A stretch of DNA of 64,000 nucleotides from Antedon mediterranea (Eukaryota; Animalia; Echinodermata), in assembly GCF_964355755.1 (NCBI RefSeq), contig NC_092671.1:26920070-26984069 (forward strand), given 5' to 3'. Shown one piece after another: positions 11,545-22,215 of the stretch; position 1 is the first letter of the stretch; every line of letters starts with the position of its first letter. Both the position numbers and the translations under genes were made by a program. The notes under the pieces are model-generated. The model had not been told where the DNA came from. It worked only from the letters and a program-made list of their open reading frames with translations, and made no database searches.

Positions 11545-14500
11545 TCATCTTGCAGGGGGTACACAATCGCAGTGGACAGTCACTGAAACTTGACAATGAG
11601 AAATAATAGACGTTAGACCTATGATATACATGATGATATGATAATACACAATGATATACAGGCGTTAAAAGCAAGGCGAATTTATTTGTGCGAGTCAAAA
11701 AATCTTTCAACAATTTTACCAGCCTTTTTTCTCCTCTACAAGAGCGTGTGATTTTTTAAAAAGTTTAAGTAATTACTAAATACCCGTTTGCTCATAAAAG
11801 CATTTTTGTCTAATTACTCACCTAGTTGAATTGTCATCATTAGCCTATTATTCATATTTTAATCATCCATCATCATGATTATTGTCACTATCGTGGTTAT
11901 TTGAATTGTCCTGGTTATGTCATCGTTATCGAGTTTGCGGTACACCGCGCGTGTATTAGTTCTGTAAAGAACTGTGAGTTTCTCGACGTTTCGATCAATA
12001 TGCTTTGATCGTCCCCAGGAGTGGAATTTCTTCTTTCAATGCCTAGCATTCTCACTCCTGAGGAAAATCAAAGCATATTGATCGAAACGTCGAAAAACTC
12101 ACAGTTCTTTGCAGAACTAATACACGTGGTTAACCGCAAACTCTACATCAACATTTGATTTCGCCATACAAACTTTCAAACAATATTATCATCGTTATCG
12201 TCATTGCCATCGTCATGCTTTGTCGTTTGTTTTTATTGATTGTTCACACATCAACGTTATGTCGATTCAAAATCAACATAATAATTTAATTAAAAGGGGA
12301 ATGAGTGACCAAAGTAGCCTAAGTTAAAAACTTCAAGACTTGGTCACCTAGTCGTTAATCAGAAAGTCCCACTAGGACACAACGTAACGACGGTGTGAAC
12401 CGCTGAAGTCTAGGCCAACTAAGGTTGACGCACAATCAAGCAGGGCTGATTTCCGATTATTTGAAGGGCATTTTCTTGCGTTGCGTCGTTTATAGCGGGA
12501 ATCCTGCTTATAGGATCGTCGTAATCATTGCCAATACCATCGTTATTTCCATTACCATTTACCTTTTTGGCATACTTCGCCTGCGAATCCATCGGGACAG
12601 TTACATTTTTCGATTCCTCCATCTTCTTCATCTAAGTAGCACTCGCCATCGTTTTCACAGTCAAGATTACAACTTGAGCTTGCACCTGTATTGAAGGAAA
12701 TTAAAGTCATCAAATAAAAACATGATTTGGTGTTGGTTTGCCTTTAAAACGGCACCTGTCCTCGGGTCTAGGCCCGTTCTCACGTGGCCTTTTGCCACCT
12801 GGCCTCAAGATTCGGTCCGTTGTGTCACCCGGCCTTATATCACCACTTAGACCTTTTGCCACCACCGGCCATTTACAACCCGGCCTGTTGCCACCATGCT
12901 TGTTGCCACTCGGCCTGTTGCTACCCTACCCGACCTGTTTCCACATGGCATAAGGATCCTGCATAAAGAACTTCTGTTTTTGCAGGACCCATTTACTAGG
13001 TCTACTTACGACATAATCCATCATCGCATATTCCATTCTCAGTAGGCCTATTTGCTAAACACTCCGAACATGGTTCACCAAGTTGATATGGCTGCTGTAC
13101 ACTATTAATTGGGCTGGAAACAGAAGGAGAATATTTAGAACATTAAGCTTTTTTGTGCGCAAAATATTCTTGTCATCACTCAAGCGTTTTTAATGTTAAC
13201 ATAAAAACAAAACATACGTTATACGCAATTTCAACGATTTGCGCCATTTGAAATTGCGCAATTTCTTGCGCAATTTCAAATGTTGGTGGCCAACAGTTTT
13301 GGTGGACAAAATTGGTCGGTACCGGATCATATTTTTCGTGATAGTTATTTAAGTTAATTAAGAGAAAGTTGTTTACCCTTGTACTGGTGCGAAGTAACAG
13401 TTAAAGAATCCAATATTTCTTTCCAAATATGTACATGATTTTATACCACAGCCGATGCTATTTGCTGAAGCCCATACTTGCTATGATATAAAAACAAATA
13501 TTTTAAATATTTAAAGTTTGCAATTGCAATAATCAAGTTTGTATCTTTTAGATCCCCACGGCCGAGCCTCCAGACGATCTTGGGGCTGAGATAAGGAAAT
13601 GTTGTAAAATAATTACGCTGTTTGATCCCCCTAGCTTTTAATGTGAAATATAGGCCTAAAACAAAATATATAAAAGTCTCTAGGACCTCAGTCGCACTAT
13701 AGTTGAAACTGAGGCATAACACAATTGAAAAGTAGCTGCTAATATTTACCTTATGGTATAAATAACAATGTCGTCCTGGATCACACGTACTGGAATTATA
13801 GTCATAATAATTCCCGTTAGAATTCCAAGATTCTATTGATTCTGTTATAAAATTATCAGGCAGATTATTATCTGCTAACTCATTTGTATCGAGATTTTGT
13901 TCAATTGGGTCCGGGTAATCGTTGTCTACGGTTCCGTGACTAAAGCTACATCTATCGGCCCATTGCTGTGCCAAGTCTGCCAATTCGTCGTTCCATTCCT
14001 AAGATAAGACATTTTGAAAATATGCTGTAACCTAATGTAAGGATATCATCGCATCTTGTATGGATTGTAATAATTTCTTGTAAATTGTTGTTGAAAAGAA
14101 GTTGCTATTCAATAATAGATGTCTTTTTAGCTTATAACATAATATGTTATTATTTTTCAGTTTCCAGTTATACAGTTTTAGATTTGTAGGTACAATTCTA
14201 TTTAGTAATTTGTAATTTAATTGGGCAAATTTCTTATTTTTTTTCGTTTTTCACTTTTCTTTTCCAGACATCACACCACTTGATATCTTCGTTAAATACG
14301 TTATTCCATTTAAGCATGCTTTTCGGGGGAATAAAAACATTATTAACAAAGTTAGAAAACATCTTTTGTTGTCATCTTTGTTATATTGTTAATATTGTAT
14401 TCCAGATTCACATTCATATATTGGTTCATATTTGGCATATTATGTTTAACTATACTTAACCACTCTTTTTGGAATAGCTCTAGTTAAAGAAACATATTCA

Positions 14501-17500
14501 GCTATCCAGTTTTTCTTAATACGTAGTTGTTTAATTATTTCTATAGGTTTCATTAGACGATTGAAAATAATTATATCTCCAATTTGATTAAAACCTGCAT
14601 CTATATTAGGTCTTAAAGAATAGTGGTTTGTTTCTATATTTAATATAATTATTACCCCATAAGTTTTGCTTTATCACTTCTTCATACTTGTTAATTGTAC
14701 CTTCATTATTCATATTATTAAATTCAACACGTTAGAACATTATAATAAAAAGATGGTATACGGTTTTATTTAAACCCATGTTATTTTTAAAATTGATATT
14801 TGACATACTTAAAATTAGTTGTTCGTTTCCAAATTTGTTAAAATTGTATAGTGGTAAGATTTTCCATCTTACGTGTTTTCTACACAGTAATTTTCTTGCC
14901 CATATCATTTTCGGAGCGTTTATGTGTAATGCGAAATCAGGCATACCTATGCCCCCTTTAATCATTTTACCGATTAAAGTTTTTCTTTTTATTTTTTCTG
15001 TTTTCCATTCATAAAAAGTTACATATCAATTTATTTATTTTAAAAATAACATATTCCGGTACATCAATTATACATGCATTGTATGTTAGTTTAGACAAAG
15101 CTAAACTTTTTTAAATGGTAACTTTGCCAAAAAGGGTAAGGTTTCTTCCTTTCCATCTATTGAGTAGCATTTCTAAGTTTGCCATCTTATTATCCCAGTT
15201 TAATTCACTGCATTTTTACTCGGGGTACCCGAGTCTAGTACTTACTCATTTTCTCCTTCTCTTCCTCCATCTGGACACTATTGAGTAAAAAGTGCGATTT
15301 TTAAAGTACTACTCCTCCCTTATTCGTTATAGTATTGAGCTGGGATTTGGCATGAACATACTACAGGGACATGTCCTCAAAGCTATAGAGCCGGATTTTA
15401 AATTTTTTGTTAATTAATTTGTTTAATTAAGAAGCCACAATGTGTGACACACACCACAGCGTTATGTAGTTATATGGTTATATGCGGCTTCTTGGCGTAG
15501 TGGTTATCACGTTTGCTTAACACGCAGAAGGTACCTGGTTCGAGCCCGGACGAAACCTTTTTTTTTTTAATTTATGGTGAAAAGTACTGTATACGCAATA
15601 TGACAATTATACAGAGTACAGTATATCTTATTTTTATTATTTTTTAAAATACTTATTTTGTGTAATCGGTAATTATCACTTTTACACATGTTTATTTTGC
15701 TTTGTGCTTATTACCATTTATTTGTAATTTAAATGGATTAAAAAACTTTCTGTAACCCACATTTTTAATGTAAGAGGTTTCGTAGTGTAGTGGTTGTCAA
15801 GTCTGCTTAACACGCAGAAGGTCCCGGTTCGAGCCCTGGCGAAACCTATTTTCTTTACTTTCTAACTGTATACCTCTGTATACAGCTTCTTTCGCTGTAC
15901 CCCGAGTATTGCACATTCGTGCTTGTTTCTCATCATATCCCACATAAATACCAAAAATCTTAATTGGTTCATTAACCAAATTTAGCCTGCATGGTTTTTC
16001 GATTTTGTTTATATTTTTGCCAATCCATATAGCGTTGGTTTTTAGTCGCGTGGAAGCGACTCTATAGTTCACTATGTCGGTCGGTCGGTCTGTCTGTCGG
16101 TCGGTCTGTCTGTCGGTCTGTCTGTCTGTCTGTCGGTCCGGTATCACTATGCGTTTTATCGCTTTATGACCTTATCTTGATATCAGTTTACTCTAGCTAA
16201 GTCAATTTTTCACAGAATATTCCTTATGGCCAGGAATCGATGTGGTTATGTTTTCACGGTGCGCACACGATTTAACGAAATCACGTTTGTAATCATTATC
16301 TTAACAACCATGAATCACAATTAAATAAAATTTGGTACTCATAAATTTCAGGGCATAAATCATCATATGGCAATACAATTACGTGCGTAGCGCATGTAAC
16401 GCATGCGTACGCGCGCTTAAAATTTTAAAAATTTATTTTCGATGAAATAAGAGTACGTTTCAGGCAATTTTAAGCGTTTACAAAATTGCCATGAGTGCGC
16501 ATATTTTTGCGCGCACTGCGCGTTAAATGTTATTGCGCACTCTTTTTGCCCGATTTCTGTTTTCTTGACTTACTTTTCAACTCGAAATTACGTTATACGA
16601 GCACGTCAAAAGTGACAGGCTTCGCACGTGTAAATTAAAAAATATAAATGTTTTTAAACATTTCAACATTTTTAAACATGTTCAGTAATTTCGGTCAGTA
16701 TAGTTCACTATGTCGGTCGGTCCGTCTGTCTGTCTGTCTGTCGGTCTGTCGGTCCGGTATCACTATGCATTGTAGCACGCGACTTTATGGCTGTTGGCCT
16801 TGTTCTTTATTCAAATTCATACCAGACACTTTACCAAACTTATTAACAATATTTAAACCAATCTCTATACTTTTTTCATTTCCCACAAAGAGTAGGCCTA
16901 CAGTGTCACAAGGTGAGTTTGATACCGGGGTTTGATATGTTTCTAATACATTTTTAGAAAAAGTTTGTTTAAGTACGACGGATAAGTGTTCTCCCAGACA
17001 ATATACATTTGTGGAGTTAAGGAAGAATAAGGAAGCAGTAGATAATAAGAAGGATGTTTTGAGGAATAAAGGCTGAAAGTCTAAAAATTAATACCAGAAC
17101 TTTTAGATATTTTGTTTTCGATTTCATTAATATGGGCTATTTTGCATAATTTACATAAGGCTCAGAAGAAATGGACGAATAACTTAAAAGATAAACTATT
17201 AAAACTATCAAAAGACTTGATAAGATAATTTAATTATTTTATTGATTCCTTTTTCTTTCTTACCTTATCATAATGGACACAAATCCTGTATATCAACGTA
17301 AAATCTGTTTATAGGCATCATATATACCTTTTTTAAGATGACAATAGTTCAAATACATGTAGCATGTCAATATAATCTGTATGTATTGGTATTTGTTTAA
17401 CAAATATATTTTTCTATATTTGCAATATTTTATATCGTATACATGTCAATTTAATCTATAGGTATGTGTATTTGTTCAATATATATACTTCTATATATTT

Positions 17501-20500
17501 TTATATATTTGCAATATGTTATACCGTAAATACAAATTGTAAGTAGTAGTTGTACTAAGATGACATCGGGTATGAAGCGTCTCACATACACACAGAGCCA
17601 AAATTGCATCTTGGACTTGCACAGTGTATGGACTCTAACCTTACGGTTTTCATTAAATATACCATTTCATGCTATTATTCTAAATAACTAACTTTCAACC
17701 TATTGCATTCCTCTTTTTTTCATTCCATCCATCTTATCTTGGTGAAAAGGGAGGATACTACATTTTCCTCCCCTGAGTTTATAGCCTCTCTACTCGAACA
17801 CAAATAAGAACACAAATAAGATAGTTTAACAAGAACATTTTATTCATGTATTTTACCGCCATTTTTGATTTCTACATTTTAATTAACATCGTATCTAAAA
17901 ATTTAAATGAGAAAATATATGGTTAATACTGAATTCTGGAATCTTATTATGTAAATATACCGGTATTTTAACTACTCTAAACACTTACTTTTAATTGTCA
18001 CAAATGTACTTATATGTATATAATATATTCATCAATGAGAATTTAAATAAGAACTCACACAAGACACAAAAATATGGGCTATTTTGTTCTATTTTATTTC
18101 TATGTTATTTGTATATAAGTTCTAAACTGGAGTTGATTGGGACAAACTAGTGGTTTGGTTGAATTCCGAAAGATCATAACATTGCACTTCTTAAAATCTA
18201 TGGAGAGCTTGTTAGCAGAAAAGTAAAGAATGCTGGGTATGCTATCGATAGTAACTTTAAGGAGTGAATCTAAATTGTTGTCAGTATAGAGGAGGTTTGT
18301 GTAATACGGGTGGGTTTGCGGAAGGAAGGAAGAAATTACCAAATAGTAAATTGACAAGGTGTCTTGATTTTATTTGACTGATGTTTTAAAAGTTCAATGT
18401 TAAAATCCCTTAAAAAATAAATAAATAAATCACTGGACAAATTGAGATCCCACATCCTTTGAGCTTCCGGCGTGCAGATTATAACTTTCTTCCTACTTCT
18501 GTAGGATGTAAATTTTAATATGAAGGCTCTGGGTCTGCGTTTGTTTCCATTCCTGGGTCCGGTTCTAGAGGACGTGTCAATATCTAGATGGGCAATGTCA
18601 ACTCCCACCCAGTTTACTGCTTTTGGGTCAAGTACGATTTGGTCTGTATTTGACCTTCCAGGTGGTCGAGCCTATCCATTGTTTTCGCCATGATCTTGTT
18701 TAAAGCCTATTAATTACATCGGCGAAATTATGGCTTTCGAAGGCTTCGGATAATTGTTTACTTATGAGATCGGATATTATTTGACCTTCCAATGCCAATA
18801 AATCTAGCTGGATCCGGACTATTTATCACGTCAGACAATGCATTGGAATGCCTTGTTTTAGTGGAGGGGGGCTTTCTTTGTGTTGGTGAGGCCAGCTCAA
18901 ATAGGCACAGTGTTGAGGCTAAAAAACCTGTGGTAAAGTACCTTTAAATGCTCCGAAACTCGTAATGTATCAGTTTAATATGCTACTTAGCGATAGGAGT
19001 CAAATTATAACATCGGGAGCCTCAAACTTGAAGCGGAACTCGCTAAAAAAACACGTCCGCTGTACTTGTAGCCTACTACTTTCTACTTTAAAAGGTTAAA
19101 TATGGATTTTTGCCAGGCATTAAGATCTAATTTGCCATTAATAACGTAGCTATGATGCTTGAACTAATAACACATTTCGCCTCACATACATTTACGAGTA
19201 GGCCTATAGGCCTACTTCCTATTACTTAACATTTTAATTTGTTAACAATTCGCTTTCTGTTAGCGGTCTATAACATTTGTATCTACTCGGCCTAACAAGA
19301 AATGTAGACAGAGGTGGTAAATATCACTCCACTATAAGGCGCAGGATTGGTTAAAGCATAAAAGGCATAAACAAGTAAAATATAGAATTTGTATCTTTAG
19401 CTAATTTTGCACAATAAAGCATATAATAAGCTCTTATATAACCTCTTTCTCCTTTTTTGCATAGCTTATGTTTTGCTTAAGCTTTAAAGCAGCTATTATG
19501 CTCTTTTTTTAGCACTGCTAATGCTGTTTTTTTCACTGCTTAAGCTATATTTTGCTTTGCTAATGCTAATTTTGCTTTTTTTTTAAATAGAAATTGCTAT
19601 TGCTATTTTTAGCATTGCTATAGCTCTTTTTTGCAATGCTAATATATTGAAATGCTCTTAACTTTAAAAAAAAAGCAGAATATAGCATTTATATTTGTAG
19701 CTGATTAATGTGTTTAAGCTCTTACAGCTTATAATATGTGCTGATCACTTAGGCCTACTGCTAAATGCATTATGAAACTGTAATGTTTAGCTTAAGCTGT
19801 TGAAACTGCTATTATTATGACATGTTGTAAAGTGTTCCTTAAGCTACTAAAACTGCTAATATTTAAATATTATGACATGCTGTAAAGTTTAGCTTCAGCC
19901 GCTGTGAAACTGCTAATATATTCTAACATGTTGTAAAGTGTTCCTTAAACTACTAAAATTGCTAATATATTACGACATGCTGTAATCTTTTGCTTAAGCT
20001 GCTAAAACTGCTAATATATTACAGCATGCTTTAATATGTTGCTTAAGCTGCTAAAACTGCTAATATATTACAACATAAAGCTCCTACAGCTTATGATGTG
20101 CTGATACTGCTAAATGCATTCTGACATGCTGTGAAGTTTCTGCTAATAATATATCATGACATGCTAAGGGTGTAGTGTTGCTTAAGCTGCTAAAACTGCT
20201 AATATATTCTAAAATGCTATAAAGTGTTGATTAAGCTGCTAAAAATTAAAGATACAGGTCAGTAATACCATAATATTTACCAATCCCTCATATATGTAAT
20301 GCATTGGAATTTAAATGAATTTATGGTGAAATCATTATATTTTAAAAAACAATTAATATATTTAATAAAATAAATATGGATTTTGCCAGGCATTAGGCCT
20401 AGATCTAATTTGCCATTAATAACTTAGCTATGATGCTTGGGCTAGTAAAACATTTCGCCTCACATACATACGAGTAGAGATATAGACAGAGGTGGTATTT

Positions 20501-20783
20501 ATATCATTCGTACCAAAAGTCAAGTATTAATATTTATACTTACTAAGTGTTGCATATCCGAGGCTGATCCCGGAACGACATTCCTTCTGTATTGGTTGGT
20601 AAGATCAACGATATTTTGAATATCCTCAGAGGTGATGTCATCTTCCGCGTTTCTCCGTCGTCTTCCGTTCGTTTGACTTCTTACACCAGATTCATCTGAC
20701 GTTAGTGCTTGTGACTTTTCTAACGCCACTACATGGGCAATCAGGGAAAGTCCAATTGTCTTAATAATCAATGTGTATAGCAT
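11545..20783 (-). CDS. Secreted CAP/SCP (PI16/CRISP-like) domain protein with a C-terminal EGF domain. Exons: 20783-20544, 13998-13750, 13480-13377, 13113-13010, 12685-12563, 11582-11545 (last exon tentative)
   Basis: Signal peptide and RRRR site, then IVDLTNQYRR..ASDMQHL|EWNDELADLAQQWADRCSFSH..YYDY..TC..|QVWASANSIGCG..CYFAP..|PYQLGEPCSEC..C..GLC|EGF CNLDCENDGEC..CNCPDGFAGEVCQ. All junctions are GT-AG and in phase. Confidence 0.85.
11932..12188. mobile_element. Penelope-like retroelement remnant: inverted pseudo-LTR pair with a ~12-bp TSD
   Basis: Inverted arms at ~11931-12023 and ~12054-12143, each with a minimal hammerhead motif. Flanked by TCATCGTTATCG at 11920-11931 and 12189-12200. Confidence 0.7.
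12055..12094 (+). ncRNA. Degenerate minimal type I hammerhead ribozyme (mirror copy on the minus strand at ~11982-12021)
   Basis: CTC-CTGAGGA-a-aATCAA-agcata-TTGATc-GAAAC-GTC-GAa. This gives the core CUGANGA...GAAA, stem II, a palindromic ACGT stem III and a GUC cleavage triplet. Confidence 0.6.
12745..12950. repeat. Tandem ~15-bp CCGGCCTGTTGCCACC-type subrepeats (probably one arm of a foldback-type DNA element)
   Basis: Repeated GGCC(T/A)...TTGCCACC units in intron 4 of the CAP gene. Confidence 0.5.
15486..15558 (+). tRNA. tRNA-Val(AAC)-like copy, probably pseudo (acceptor stem mismatches), followed by a T run
   Basis: GGCTTCT-TGGCGTAGTGGTTATCACG-TTTGC-TT-AAC-AC-GCAGA-AGGT..GGTTCGAGCC..CGAAACC. 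Confidence 0.6.
15776..15847 (+). tRNA. tRNA-Val(AAC)-like copy, near-intact cloverleaf
   Basis: Perfect acceptor stem GGTTTCG/CGAAACC and anticodon arm TCTGC-TT-AAC-AC-GCAGA. Boxes A and B are present, with D-stem and T-stem mismatches. Confidence 0.65.
16042..16804 (-). mobile_element. HINE family C (long form) with (GTCG/GTCT)n microsatellites
   Basis: The minus-strand 5' end is AACAAG-GGCcaacaGCC-..AGTCGCGTGC. The 3' palindrome is AGTCGCGTGGAAGCGACT (16044-16061). It interrupts the LINE between NKE and KTN, at a T run with no TSD. Confidence 0.72.
17900..19060 (-). mobile_element. Degenerate CR1/L2-superfamily LINE remnant (ORF1 and RT pieces, internally deleted)
   Basis: ORF1-like DIDTSSRTG..RPRAFILKFTSYRSRKKV (18336-18608) and RT-like LLYTDN..FSANKLSIDFKKCNVMIF (18100-18357). 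Confidence 0.55.
19718..20245. repeat. Minisatellite of ~49-bp units (GCTTAAGCTGCTAAAACTGCTAATATATT...)
   Basis: Units recur at about 19790, 19838, 19893, 19944, 19993, 20042, 20180 and 20231. Confidence 0.8.
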
Positions 20784-21785
20784 GATGGTATATGACTAAT
20801 TGGGTTGAAAGTTATAGTCAAATGAAAAATGTTGCTTTCCATTTAGGCTTCTAGTCCATTTCTGATTGCATTTCAATCACGTGTTCTATCATGCAGTAAC
20901 ATTAATTGTCCACTATTATACGAGGGCAGTTCGTTAATTGAAATTGTAATCCGTGTTTCCTTGAAACTCGGTGTTTAATAATTGTAACTCCCACCCAGTT
21001 TACTGCTTGTAGGTCGACCAGGTGGTCGAGCCTATCCACTGTTTTCGCCATGATCTTGCAAGTGAATATGGTGGGTGTTTTTTTAATTAACCTCTGTGAT
21101 CTGAAGTTATTCATCCATAAGTTGGACATTCTGATTAGCCACTACAATTTAAATAACTAATTAAAATCATTAAATATATTACACTCGTCATTAGCTACAT
21201 ATCTAGCTATAGTTATTATTAATTCAAAGACAATAATTTCTCCAACATTTAAATTTATTTAAACTGATATGGCCGCCGAAAGAAAAAATGAAATACATTA
21301 TTCAAGGATGGCCTTGCATGACTCGAGAGAGCCTAGTTCCGGTTGATGTACCATACCATGAGGAAATTACAGTATACAGTATAGTTATTATTAATTAGCT
21401 TAATTAATTAGTATTGTTAATTAGCTTACTTCAGGTGGTACCCCAGACTTCTCATCTCAATAGTTGGTTTGTAGACGATCTGTTGTGGAAAAACGCTTTT
21501 TGAAATCATCTTGCTCTTTTAGAGCTCATTCAATGGCTAATACCGGTACACTATTAGTATTAATACTATTAACTTCTTTGCTCAGAATTTTACCGTAGTC
21601 CACAATAATAAATACTGCACAGCCTGTTATTATTTTCATATTCATGCCAAGGAAAAGTATAGAAAAATGAGACCAGAAATGGCCTTATTGACTTTGACCT
21701 TTTATTGGTCACAGAAAGACACAATTGTACAAAGTCTTAAAGCTCAGGTACAGACATGAATTTTAAACATAATATTTTATTTATT

Positions 21786-21868
21786 TAGTTCACTATGTCG
21801 GTCGGTCTGTCTGTCAGTCCGGTATCACTATGCGTTTTAGCACGTGACTTATGGCTGTTGGCCTTGTT
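21786..21868 (-). mobile_element. HINE family C short derivative (partial)
   Basis: TAGTTCACTATGTCGGTC..GTCCGGTATCACTATGCG..GCACGTGACTTATGGCTGTTGGCCTTGTT matches the family C end. Confidence 0.7.
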
Positions 21869-22215
21869 TATTTTTATTTTATTTAATCGAAACCAACAGC
21901 GATAATTATTAATTACCACCACTAACAGGTTTGATACAAACAAAGCCAGGACTGTTTAAAGCACCTTGATTGGTCTTAACATTGATCAAGGGCTTCTATG
22001 GTCCAGTGTCGAAAAGCTCAGAGGACATGTGATGAACATGAAAATCGAAGCTATTCATTCTTTGTGCATTGGAAAGGGTAGCGCAATTTTTTTATTCCAA
22101 AAAAAATGTTGGATTATCGCAAACACATTCGGCTTTACATGTACTTATTCCTTTGTGATATTAATTTTGTTGAGTTATCTGTAAGATCATGTTTGTCTAA
22201 ATCATCTTTACTATC

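Larger units (their letters stand above)
15216..15927 (-). mobile_element. HINE family B carrying two tRNA-Val(AAC)-like copies
   Basis: The minus-strand 5' end is AACAAG-GCACgaatGTGC hairpin-ACTCGGGTAC. The 3' palindrome is ACTCGGG-tac-CCCGAGT (15218-15234), next to a GA-rich tract. Inserted in a T run of the LINE with no TSD. Confidence 0.7.
14080..16885 (-). mobile_element. Decayed L1/Tx1-clade LINE ORF2 3' fragment, interrupted by two HINE insertions
   Basis: With both insertions removed, the minus strand reads FGKVSGMNLNKE|KTNAIWIG..IKIFGIYVGYDEK|..NWDNKMANLEMLLNRWKGRNLTLFGKVTI..KGGIGMPD. Frameshifts are present. Confidence 0.75.

Noticed and set aside
12738-12966. Pro/Leu- or Cys/His-rich ORFs
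   Set aside because: They are translations of 15-bp tandem subrepeats inside an intron.
15797-16147. ORF with DRQT repeats
   Set aside because: It is a chimera of the HINE (GACA)n microsatellite, LINE RT remnant and antisense tRNA-like sequence.
19718-20245. CRISPR-like array
   Set aside because: The units are degenerate and contiguous with no unique spacers, there are no cas genes, and the context is eukaryotic. It is a minisatellite.
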